Assembly (NCBI GenBank): GCA_000165425.1
Contig: CT868016.1
Span: 186,001 to 250,000 of the forward strand
Reading direction: 5' to 3'
Source: Paramecium tetraurelia
Taxonomy: Eukaryota
DNA length: 64,000 nt
The position numbers and the translations under genes were made by a program. The notes beneath the pieces were generated by a model, which did not search any database, was not told the DNA's origin, and was given only the letters and a program-made list of their open reading frames with translations. Below are positions 24,866 to 37,124 of this stretch, in pieces (the first letter of the stretch is position 1; each line of letters begins with the position of its first letter).

Positions 24866-26485
24866 ATGGGTGGATAACAATCTTATGGACAAGCGATAAG
24901 TACTTTCAACGAGAAGAAAGCAGTTATCATCGGTCAAGTGAATGTTCAGACTAGTAGTGATCATAGTAATAGTGTTATTTGAGAGTAGTGACTGAAATCA
25001 TTGTGGCTTTGGGAAATGAGGTTCATCCCTAATTATGGAATGCGGCAATAATGGAAATGAGAAGCACGGATACTGATTTTCCATTGACATTTCGCAGGTT
25101 CTGCATCTCAAACCAAGGCGATGAATACTAACACTCATACATTCCTGAAAAAATAAGTAATGTTTAGCAAAAATGAAGATCAATTTATGAGCTCACTAAG
25201 ACCCTAGAGTGTGGAATTTCATGAGAAAAAAGGTCATTTCTGGACCATTGAAATCCCAAGTCATATTTAAGAACACCTGCAACATGATGAATCGAATATG
25301 AATGCTCAAATAATTTATCCATTCTGTGATAAAATGAAGACGAATTTATTTAGAGAGTAATATCAACAGGCATATATTGATGTATTCAAAGCCATCGAAT
25401 AAGAAATGATTACCCATTCTGCCTACATCTCAGTTGGGATATTGGACATGAAATCCAATAATCCCATATTGGGAATAGACAACTATTCAATGACTTAAGA
25501 CATCATAGACGCTTTCATTTAATGTACTCCCAAAATCCATAAATTAATATTCATATCTGAAGTTGAATCTCAGGCATTCATAATGGGAATGGCATTGAAA
25601 GATAAGACGCGTCATCTGCAGGATCTTACAAATGTATTTGTAGAACAAGATAAACAAAAACCTGATGAACCAGAACAAGCAAATCAAGCAGATCAAATTA
25701 TAGAACAGTAGGAAATTCCCATAAGGGTTGAATTAGAAATACAATTTAAACAAGATGAGGACATTTAGCTCAATTCAAATAATGTCTAATCGTAAATTCA
25801 GAAATTGAATTCCCAAGTTCAGAGGATTCAGAAACCCACTGTGGTCAGTTATCACAATGGACACAAATGTATAGATGATCTTATTTATATGATTAGAAAA
25901 CATTGCCTATTAATTCTTTAGAGAATTCAGTGTTCCTTTGAATTAATAAGTATTTCAAACTATCCTTCCAAGAGTGGGTGATTCAAGTCCAATGTGTCTG
26001 TGTGGTAGAAACATCAAGATCAGAGTCGAAGGTAATTTATGTTGTTATTGCGGAATGCATAGATCCACTATATTATAATGCGAATAACGAGTAAGATTGT
26101 TAGTAATTTAGGCATGTGGAAGATAGTATTGTGCCAGTTGTATTAATCCTGCTAAACTTTTTAATGTGTGTTTTTAAGGCCATTAAATGAAATTTGTTTA
26201 AGAATTAAATGTTACCTAAAAATGTTTATATTGTCAATAATCCACCTTTCGTCTTGGCCATTTCAAATGTTAACCATGTCAATTGAAAATATGCGCTTAT
26301 TGCTATTATTCAAAGTATACAGAATGGCAATTCAAGAAAGTAAAATTAGGATATAACATAATTAGATGAAAATCTACTTAAATTGTTTGAAAAAGATCAA
26401 GCCAAATTACAGATAAGAGGTTTACAATTAATTAATTACTGAGTATTTGCTTGATGCAAACTTAGAAAAATTACAATAGAGATGA
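24866..26485 (+). CDS. Hypothetical protein: myristoylation motif, possible degenerate macro-like region, C-terminal Cys/His zinc-binding motifs
   Basis: Starts MGGQQS. Multiple tiny introns. Cys motifs CLCG, CGRQYCASC, CFQGH, CLYC and HFKCQPCQLKICAYC. TGA at 26483-26485. Confidence 0.7.
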
Positions 26486-27020
26486 TCTATATATATATAA
26501 ATTTAATTGATGTTTACTTACATTCTTCAATTTCATACATCTCCTTGATTAATTTATTACCTATTTTTTTTCATTATAAGATACATTTTAATCTATGTAA
26601 GATATATATATTTTGATTAATAATATATGTAATATAATATCATTATGGGGAAAATAAAGAAAAAGAGTATAAAATAATAATAATGTATAACTTAGGAATG
26701 AGAATTTCAGTCATATTTCCTATTGTAACTTATTCACTTGATTACCAAATTTTGATTGATTGGATTATATACTCAGATACTGATCTCATATACTTAGATG
26801 ATACTATTAGTCTCTTTTACTTTTAGTTACCATTTTGTAGCATATATATGTGAAAGACATAATTAAATCGTTATAGTCCTATAACTTTCACAAATGTTGA
26901 TAATCAGTTTTATAATAATCCTATTCTATTTTCAATTTGCATAATAATTAATACTTTCTTTATAATTAAAATATTTCTTAAGAAAAATGCAATAAAATTT
27001 TATTTATTTTTACATAACAA

Positions 27021-27571
27021 ATGTTAAATCAAGGTAGAGCTCTTTGGTATGCTCTTAAAGTTGAAGATTATGATTTGGTTGAGTTTCTGATCACTCAAAA
27101 GACTGATGTCAGATAAACATATGAATTTGAACCAAAACGATATTTGTCTACTGCTAGTGTAAAAATGGAATCGTAATTCTATAGTTGTTGACTCTCCGCG
27201 TCTGCTAGGCTCGTTCAAAGGGGTTGAATAGTCATCACTACAAAAGGATGTATTAGTTGCTTGATAACTTTCTGTAATATGCTGAGGAATGCGACATTCG
27301 ATGCCATTGTACAAAGAACTACGAACATAGATGCCCACTCTACATAGCATTGAAAACATTGGGGGTCAAAAAGGAAGATGACATGTTTAATAAGAAAAAT
27401 GATATTTTGAAGGCGTTGCTTGTCAAAGGAGCCAATTTAAAAGTGTTCGAAGGGCAGACTTCGATGATTGATGTGGAAGGATATAGACAATATCTAATAT
27501 AGAGAATTCAATTCTAGAAAACAAATGGATTCAAGTAAACATAAGATGGATATGCTACTTTTAGTCAATGA
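27021..27571 (+). CDS. Ankyrin-repeat-like protein
   Basis: ALWYALKVEDYDLVEFLITQKTDV and CPLYIAL...DILKALLVKGANL resemble ankyrin repeats. Two introns; the 3' end assumes an intron at ~27535-27564. Confidence 0.6.
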
Positions 27572-27586
27572 CATAATATTATAATA

Positions 27587-28669
27587 TCAATCTTAGATGC
27601 GCTATTATTCTAATGAATCACAATATTCATGATGATATTGTACAAATGAAAAGGTTTAGCTTTATTCCTTAGTCATTGAACTTTGTAATTGTTGCTTCAA
27701 GAGTCTATCAGTAGCACTTTAGAATTGATTTTGTAGTTCGATATTCTATTCCCGTAAATACAGATTCTCCTATTCTAACTGTTATAACTTATCCTTCATA
27801 TCATTCAATTCTTCATTGTTGTAGTTTTCATTCAATTCCTTCTCATTGCAACCATTCTAAACTTCAGCCTTTAATTGCTCAACCATACTTTCACTGGAAC
27901 TCTCCTTCTGATTTTCTTAAGATTCTTTGAGTAACTCATGATATCTAGATTTCCATTTGTTTTTCTTTTTTAGCATACTCTCCACATGACTTATCTGCTC
28001 TTTGAATGCAAGACCATCCTATTTGAATTGCATTAGTTCAGATTACAGTAAATTCCTCTCAATTTCTAATTGTTTATGCTTAATATCCAATTTCTAGAAT
28101 GCTTAAGATTAATCAATGAATTGTCTATAATATTGATTTCTTTCTTCCTTGAGTTCTAAATAATTCTTGGATAAAATCAACTACGACTACTTTAATTCAC
28201 TCAGTTATTGTTTTAGCATTTCATTTTAAAACTATAATTATTTTCCATGCTATTCCTAATTCTTCTCGTTTTCCAACCTCTTTTCCATAATCTCAAATTT
28301 CTTAGTCCATTCTAAGATGATTTGGTTTTTCTATCTGCTTTTAATAAATATTTACTATAACAATGAGTGCAATTTTGAATTGTCATCCTGCTTTCTGCAA
28401 TCCTGCACCTATCTCCTCAAAAGAGCATTCTCTAATTCACATTCCTATAGAGCTTCTGACTTTTCAACATATTTATTGCTCAAATCATCCAATTCCATTA
28501 TTAATAATTTCCTCTATTAATTTACTCGATGCAATTCCTATTCTAGTTGATTACTTTTGACTATTTGTTCAGTCTGACTTGTGATGACTTCTTATAATGA
28601 AGTTCTGCCATCTCGTGAAGTATTTAGAGATATGTTCATCTTTTTTTTTAACGGACTTATTATTTGCAT
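27587..28669 (-). CDS. Coiled-coil protein (360 aa)
   Basis: MQIISPLKKK...QRIQD* with E/Q/K-rich heptads. Start and stop are in the same frame. Confidence 0.75.
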
Positions 28670-28706
28670 TTATATATATATTTTTGATTATATACAACTA
28701 AAATTC

Positions 28707-29447
28707 TCAAATAAAGGGAAATTAAAGTGGAGTATTCTAGATTTCTGAAAACGGAGTCATCGGCTCACATACTTCTTACAAAGGCTCTATTAAAATGGAA
28801 CCATAATATGGTTAATAGCCCTTCAGCAAGATCATCATCAAATCCCATGTTTGTTTATACGGCTTATAAATTTCAGGGTTCTTTTTTTTCTGGCATTTCT
28901 AATTTCATTTCAATCAAAAGTATTACCTTTAACAAATCATCTAATTTCATTAAAATCAACTCCTATTGTTTAGACTATATTCTTAAATTGTAAGACAAGA
29001 GTCCTTATTGTTCCTTCAATCTATCCAATTGAGTCTTCAATTCAATATTTGATTACCTCATCTAATTTAGATTGCACTCATCCACTGATACACTTGATTA
29101 TCTCTAATTGCGGACTACCTTATACAAATCCTAAATACTTCGAATTTTAAACCTTGAAATTGCCTTTCACAAAATACTAGTGTTAATACTGTTTCTGATT
29201 TCTCTCGTTTTTCTTCATGCTGAATCCGTACATGCTCAACTATCTCAAAAATGATTAAAAGCATTTTGTAGTGAAGTTCTCAACCATCACTTTTTCAGAA
29301 AATTCTGCAATCTTAGGAATCACAAAACCATCCCCAGATGGTAACCAACGGATATATTTCCTATACTCATTTGTCTTTATTTTATATTCAATAACTCACT
29401 TCAAGAATCTCATAAAGTTTACTTATGAACTTCGTAGGTTTGCTCAT
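28707..29447 (-). CDS. HSF-type DNA-binding transcription factor
   Basis: KFISKLYEILE|intron|...IRWLPSGDGFVI...FQSFLRQLSMYGF...YQHQYFVKG, then a coiled coil. Ends TPLQFPFI*. Confidence 0.9.
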
Positions 29448-30602
29448 TTGTTATTAGTTTATAACAAAATTTTATATAGTTTTTTTATCAAGAGTTAATA
29501 CTTTTACTTAAAGTACCTTCTATTTTAGGGAATAGTAATCTTTCTATAGATTCTTACAAAAATTGGGAGTTAGTGCTGAGCTTCGTTTAAAATGTTATCA
29601 TCTAAGATATTAAATTTAATGCCATTCGTATCTGTAGTCTTAAAAGGGTTAATATAGTAAATTTAGAATTTCTAGATGCCCTAGTAAATTTTATTAGTAA
29701 ACATTTTCATTTTCAAATATATATTAATATGAAACTACAGAAGAAATTTAGATATATCTTTTATTATGTGAAATTGCACTACAATTATTTTATCTATATT
29801 TTACATCCAAAATATACATAGATCTGTAAAATTTAGTTTCTCTACTATTTTAATGTTCCCCACTTGGTTAAAGCATATTTTTAATTTGATGATAAAATAA
29901 CAGAATTTCAATCATATTTAAATGATAAAAGCATTATCACGGTCACTTTGAATCCACAAAGCAAGAAAAGATATCAAAGCGATTGAAATTAAGTTAAAAT
30001 ATGTTGCTCTAAATAAGGTATCCTCATTTATTGCAAAAATTAGATGTTGTAAAATTAAAAAAAATAATGCCCACGATTAAGAAAATGCGTATTAATATTG
30101 CATTATTTAATTGAACACACGCAATATGGAAAAGTTTGAAGAAATATTTAAATTAAAACGGAATTTCTTATGTGATTAGTCACTTTGAAATTGAATAGTT
30201 ATGTTATGTTATTATGATAAGAAAAAGACATAGACAAATCTCATAAAAATAAGTAGTTTGGGAATCATGCCTATTCCTCATCAGTCTCTTCATCGATAAT
30301 TAAGAGTTCACTATTTTTGAATTCTAATTATCTTCTGTATTGTTTAATCAAAAACAAAAAATACATGGAGAGCTAGTTTGTATCTAAATTCTCTGGAATT
30401 TGAAATTAGTGTTGCACCACTATTTCCTTGAGATACAGTTTTTCTTAATTGGTAATTAGTTTTAATTCGCCTAGAGTTTTTATGGTTTAAAAACAAATTC
30501 TATAAAAGGATTCATTCATCATTAATTTTAAATATAAATAATCCTTTTTTTAGCTAGATTTAAATTAATTAAACAAATTTTTATTTGTATGTGTATATTT
30601 TA

Positions 30603-33067
30603 TCATTCCTTCTTGGCTTCTTTTTTGGAGGCATCCTTTTTTTATTAAGGAACATCCTTTTTCTAAACTTACTTGCCATCAACTTAAGCAATGGCCTTGA
30701 TCTTGTCCTTCTCCTAAAGAGTAACAGTTCTATTCCAGATGAATTTTCCGTCCTTTGAGTCGAAGTCCAAGTTGAAATAGCCCAATCTTTCAAATTAGAC
30801 CTTGTCTTCTGGTTTGGAATTCAAGAGATCCCTAAATGACTTTATAAGGAAGTTTACTTGTGCATAAAGGCATTAGGGCAAACTATCTTTGAATTTGGAT
30901 TGATTCCTTTAATGTAATCATCTAATTCATTGGGGTCGTAGGCTTCGAACAAGTAATCATACAATCTAGCAACACAAGGAGTGGCCTCTTTAACAGACAA
31001 CCAATGTAAAAATCCTTTAGGTTTGACGTCCTTTCCTAGTCGTTCTAGGTGGACTTCATTGGCAGTGACGCTGAGAACTTTGAAAGGTCCACATTATTTG
31101 AGTCCAATGATCTTACCAGGAGCAACACCCCAGAAGTCAGGATGGTCTTCAGTTCTTAGAAAGAGATAGTTAAATAAATATACCTGACATCGTTCTTGTC
31201 CAAATAGATTTATTTAGTCAAAAGGATCTTTCTGTTACCCTTTTATGGATTTCTTGGGATGATGGCAACCTCTAACTCTTCTGAGAAGTCCTCTGCGACG
31301 TTGTCAATAATGGCTACGATTGGTTCTAAGATAGCCATGGTTCTTGGAGCCTTGATGTCTAAGTCTTTTCTGATGCAACTTTCAAGGACATGCATGCCGA
31401 TGAAATTTTCATTACCTTTTCTAGTAACACTGATGAGATCGCAGAATTTGTTGATGGAATCAGCTGTATATCCTCTTCTTCTAAGACCGTTGAGGGTCAA
31501 GATTCTAGGATCATCCCAACCATCGACAATGTTGTTAAAGACCAAATGATGAAGTTTTCTCTTACTTAATACAGTGTTGGAGACATTCAATCTGGAGAAT
31601 TCCCAGACGAAGGGTCTGTAAAGATCTAATTCTTTCAAGAACCAATAATAGAGGTCTCTTCTAACTTCGAATTCAAGTGTGCAGCAAGAATGGGTGATAC
31701 CCTCAATGGAATCGCAGATGCAATGAGTGAAGTCATAGAGAGGATAGATGCACCATTTATCTCCTTGATGGGGATGAGGAGTGAATCTGATTCTGAATAT
31801 GGCTGGGTCTCTAAGAGTGGGATTAGGATGAGTTGGATCAATCTTGGCTCTCAAACAAACCTCGTTCTCTTTGTAGTAACCCAATTTCATTTTTCTGAAG
31901 ATTTCCAAATTTTCAGCTGGTTGGGTTTCTCTGTAAGGGGAAGGCTTAAGATCAGTTCTTAATTTGGAAGACTATAGAGGTAATAGAATATAAGTAATAC
32001 TTCTTCTTTGGTTAAGAAACAACAATAGGCCTTTCCTTTTTGAATCAATTAGACAGCGTAATCATAGAGTTTACCGAAGTTGTCTGATGCATGAGTAGTC
32101 TTGAAAGGAGTGTATCCAAGGAATCTTAAGTTCTCTTTGATATTATCTATAAATTCTTGGCATTCCTTTTCTGGATTGGTATCATCAAATCTCAGATAAG
32201 TGACTCCTTTGTAGTGTTAAGCCAATCTAAAGTTGAAATTGATTGATTTGGCATGACCAATGTGCAAGTAACCATTTGGTTCGGGGGGGAATCGTGTTAA
32301 GACTTCGTAAGGGAAATTCTACTTTCTCCAATTCAATAGTTATTCACTATTAACAGTGGTGGCAAGATCTCTTGCGACTAACTTTGAGATATCGAATTTG
32401 CAATCATCTTCCTCCTCCACTTACTATTAAACTTCTTATTATTATTGTTATTGTTATTATTATTATTATGGCTTCTTCACTTGTGTTTTGGCTGCCTTCA
32501 AATCTTCCTCGGTCTTAGGTCCAAGTATAGCTTCTATTTGTTGATTGAGTTCTTAGGTCAATAACTTTCCTTCGGCAAAGGGTAGGAGTGATCTTACTTA
32601 CTTTGTGTATTCAGAAAAATTATAAGTATATCGGATAGTCTTCAAGTCCTTTTTAGACTGAAGAAATTCAGCCACTGTGTTTTTTATTTATTCTGGAGTC
32701 ACGACTATTCCTACACCAGCTGCCTTCTCAAAGTCTTGGGCAGGAATTTATTCCAAATGAGTGTGTGTTCTTAAGTATTCTATACCGCCTTCCAACTGCA
32801 ATTTGTTGGTAATCTTTCCTTCAACTATATATTTAGCCAAAAGAGCTCTTCTATTGTCAAGGGCCTCTGTTAGATTTTAGGACATCTCATATAATAAATT
32901 TCCAATCTATGTAAAAGAATTATAAATACTTTCTTATCACATTCCTAAACCCCAACCAAATCAAGAGTCTAAAGAATTGATTTCAATGCATTTTTTCCTT
33001 TGATGGTGTTCTTGATTGTTGTTTCATCAAGTCCAATCTTCTAAAGTCGTGTTTAAGCTTCTTCCAT
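30603..33067 (-). CDS. QARS: Glutaminyl-tRNA synthetase
   Basis: [73 protein letters not shown] and KFQFERLGYF. Eukaryotic N-terminal extension and tiny introns. Confidence 0.97.
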
Positions 33068-34005
33068 TTTGAGAGGATTCACAAAATTATTTAATTAAAT
33101 TTTAAATAAATCTTAAAATCAGAACACACTATATATTATGCCCTTCCTACACAGTTAACGCATCAATAACTATCTTTGTCATGCTATATCTTTTTTATTG
33201 TCTCAATTGACCTGCAAATAAATGCTGATATCCAAAGCATGAGTATTCCACGAGAGTATTTCTATTTATAATGTACAAAAAGACATATTTTTGGCCTGCA
33301 TAAGCCTTCTTATATATTCAATGATTAACCAAATTAATTGGTATTCAATAGTGTAAGTAAACCCATATGAGTTAATACTATTGAATCGAATGATGTTAAG
33401 AAGAACCCGAATAAACTCTGAGATTTATTTTTGTAGTATATTTTATTAATGACATGTATCCATTACTATCTTAGTATTCCATTTCAGCAAAATACACTAA
33501 ACCTTCCCCTCATAGATAAGTAGAATGTACTGGTTCCGCTCATACTATTATGATAGTCATCCCTGGAGTTGAGTAAATTCCTGATCTAATTGGCAATATT
33601 ACATAAGATTAAACCGATTCTCCTACAGAACCATAATTGTTATCCTACTGGAAGACCAAAGAACTCAACCTAGATCATAATTTTATATAATATGTTATAG
33701 TCAGTCAGTGAATCTCATTAATAACTACTAAGATAAACTTCAACAAAATAAAGATTGAAAATTTAAAGTGCATTTTCCTTGTTAATTAATACACTGCAAA
33801 TCAGATGCAGTTGTTATTATTATAGATGCATTTAAAGTTATTAAGTTCATCTAGATATTTAGTTCCATTAGATGTTAATAATTTATTTAACTATATTTTT
33901 AAACAACTTAAGCTGTCAAATTTATTTATTGATATGTTAGAGAGAATCTTTTAAATCAACCAATTTATATGAATTATGTTATAAAATTACTTCCTCAAAT
34001 ATAAA

Positions 34006-34729
34006 TCATTAAATAAAAGGAAAAACATTAGGTGAAAATAGAAACTCAGACATCGGACTATTCATATCTATAAATGTTTCCTACAAATACTCCATCGAAG
34101 GTTTATAGCCAAAAAGAACTGAAATAAAAGTGGATTTAAATCTTTATTAGGTTTCATTCTCATGAAACTCTTTTAATACCACAAAAAGCTTTTTATTGAA
34201 CAAATAAATACATCAACCATCTTTCCAATTTTTTATGCTATTAATAGTTGGATTTAACATTAAATTCTCAACTATTGCTAAATAATTTATTATTGCTCTT
34301 ATAAATATTTCAATTTCTCTTTGAGAAGAAAGTTTTATTCTGCAAATCCTGCTGCATTGAATTACTGATCCGAATTTTAATTTGTTTGGGTTCCTCTCCT
34401 TATTTTCAATAAGTCTTTACTAAAAGTTAATAATCTCATACAATCGCCCTTTCTTGAAATTCTGATGGTAATACTCTTTGGTATTTCTATCGTTTTTCCT
34501 CATCTTGAATCCGTATAAGGATAATTGTCTTAAAAATGAATGTACATTTGTTGTTCTAAAATATTTTTGGAGAATTCTAGTTTCGAATTCGGAATTTCTT
34601 TAAAAAGAAAAAGCTTATCCATTATCTACCCAATACACCAAACATTATAAATTAGGATCCTATGACTTAAATTTAAGATACTTCTAAGATTTCATACAAA
34701 TTGAGAATAAATTTCTTTGGATTTTTCAT
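34006..34729 (-). CDS. HSF-type DNA-binding transcription factor
   Basis: KKFILNLYEILE|intron|...VYWVDNGQAF...YFRTTNVHSFLRQLSLYGF...YYHQNFKKG. Ends SPNVFPFIQ*. Confidence 0.9.
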
Positions 34730-35714
34730 TTTTTAAATTAATACTTTAGGAAATTAAGAATTGAAGATAGTATATTGCTAAGATAAATAAATATTAAATA
34801 AGAATTAATTGAAAATTGATAATTTGTAATTCCCAAATTTCTAGGAGAATTAATACTAATAGAATAAAGACTTATTTATTATAAAAGTTCATACTTTTTA
34901 TTGAAATGGTCAAATGAATTTTATTATATATTTTAGATTATATTGTATTTTTTGTCATCCAAATAGTTTTCAATAATTAATTAATAAATTTTTAAAAATA
35001 ATTTAACAATTTATAAGAGTATTGCCCATGTGTTACAATTTTCATCATAACTTTTATTGAATGAACCAGTTAAACCTATTTGATTTTAAGAGTAGCATTC
35101 ATATTTTGATAACATATTTGAATCTTTAATTTATATTCGATAATGTTCCTGAAAAAGTTAATACTTGTAAACTAATTATTTAATGATTTCTTCTCCTATT
35201 AATTTAGGTTTAACTGCAAATGTCTTTCGCTGAAATAATAAATGAATATTTTCAATACCTATTTTTAAATTCAATAATGCTAGTTTATAAGTCTGTTTTA
35301 AAGTTGATGTTTAAAGAATGTAAGCCTTGAAAATTCAGAATTTATTACATATATTGAAAATTTAAAATAATAAGTCAACTAAGAGGATTAAAGACTAATA
35401 ATGATTGAAGCATATATTAATTAACTACTAACTCTTATAAATCATGAGAGAATTGGCTAAAAAGATATCAGCTTAGGTATATCTATGGTGTATGTGAGAT
35501 GAATTGGAAACTATGAGGAGAGAAATTTGAAACTATGAAATAGAATAAACTAAGAATTTGGAAGGGGAATGGGTATTTACAAATTGAACCTACAAAATTT
35601 CTCTTAAAAAACCCTGTTCAATCCAAAATCAAATGATGAATAAGAAGGATTGAATAAGATTAGGAAATAGAAATGACATTATAAAGTTGATTATATTAAA
35701 CAATAATTTTATGA

Positions 35715-37107
35715 TCAAAATATCACCGGATCCAACTCTCTATAATACCATAAAGCAAGATAACGAATAATAAACAAAGCAGCACCTAATGTCAAAACTG
35801 CAGGACTGTTGAAATTAAGAAGACTAACATAAACAAGACTCAAAAATGAAATGACAGTAGCAGTTGACAAATCATACTTGCAAGCATCTACCCAACCATA
35901 ATAGACAGCAGTTGCCAAAAATCCAATTGCCACACTAATTACACCCTCTTTGAACTTGGCCAAATATATATTCTTTCTGAAATTACTCCAATGAGGCAAC
36001 AATCCCCAAATTTATAAAACTGAAGGCACAAAAATAGCAACCCAACAACTTACACCTCCATATATGCCCATGCTGTGAGTGCCTAAGAAAATAGCAAAAT
36101 TTAAATAAGGACCAGGCAAGGCTGCTGCTAAACCAAAGCCTAACCAAAACGCATCAGCATTTATATATAAAGGATTTAAAACGGTTTCTGCATACATAAA
36201 AGGTAAAGTAATAGGAGTGCCTCCAATCATAAATGTTCCGATATTGTAAAATGAGAGAGACAAATCTAAAATCATGGATTAATATTATGAATTGAGATAC
36301 AGCAATAATAGGAGTATAACAGAATATAAGTGGAAGGATTTATTTCCAAATAATTAACTTATTTTGTGACTATTTTTTTTATTAATTAATTTTGGATCAT
36401 TAATAACTGCAGGAGTGGCAGTGTACTCTTTAACAAATGTTCTTCTGCCAATTGTATTTTCTGCATCATATTCAACCATAATTGTAATTATTCCCCCCAT
36501 CATCATAGTCAAAATCAACACATACGGTTATTGATATGCAACAAATAATGCTGCACTCAAGACTGATAAAGCAATGTGCATCTTATTATTAATAGATTTT
36601 GCTGCCATTGAGATCAACAGTTATAGAATTAATGCAACTGTACTTGATTTTATGCCCTGAATAGCCAGAAAGACAAGAATGTTGAGATCTCTAGGATCAG
36701 GGTACTTACCATACCAATAACCTAAAATTGTTAGTATCAATGCTCCAGGCACTGTATATGCCACTAAAGCAGTGATTCCTCCCAGCGCATTTTTTTTTGA
36801 GATTGTTCCTAAAGCCACCATCATCTGTGAAGTTGTTGCTCCTGGTATGAAATCAACCAACGATACAATCTCCTCAAATTAAGGTTCCTATTGGAATGAT
36901 AATCCTTACTGAAACAGCCTTAGTTTGTGTCACAAAGACATTCCTGAATTCTTAATAATTACTGGCACTTAAAGTTTGGACATCGATCAAGGCCAAGGTA
37001 ACAGCTTATTTGAATAATTCCAGATAGGTCAGAGTTTGGGAATCGTCGATCAACAAAGAAAATTTTGGTTGTGTATTTGGCACCCCCAAAGTTTACATTT
37101 CAATCAT
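35715..37107 (-). CDS. Chromate ion transporter (CHR family, long-chain/bidomain)
   Basis: Two homologous halves: FIPGATTSQMMVALG...AYTVPGALIL and GTFMIGG...FWLGFGLAAALPGPYLNFAIFLG...AIFVPSVL. Many TM segments and one 22-nt intron. Confidence 0.85.
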
Positions 37108-37124
37108 TTTAATAAATTAATTAA

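Noticed and set aside
32430..32470. (TTA)n-like microsatellite inside GlnRS
   Set aside because: It is simply a Gln-rich linker encoded by TAA/CAA on the minus strand.
34990..35690. Possible plus-strand gene downstream of the CHR gene's 3' end
   Set aside because: Only short frames broken by TGA, with no recognisable motif; at most a remnant.
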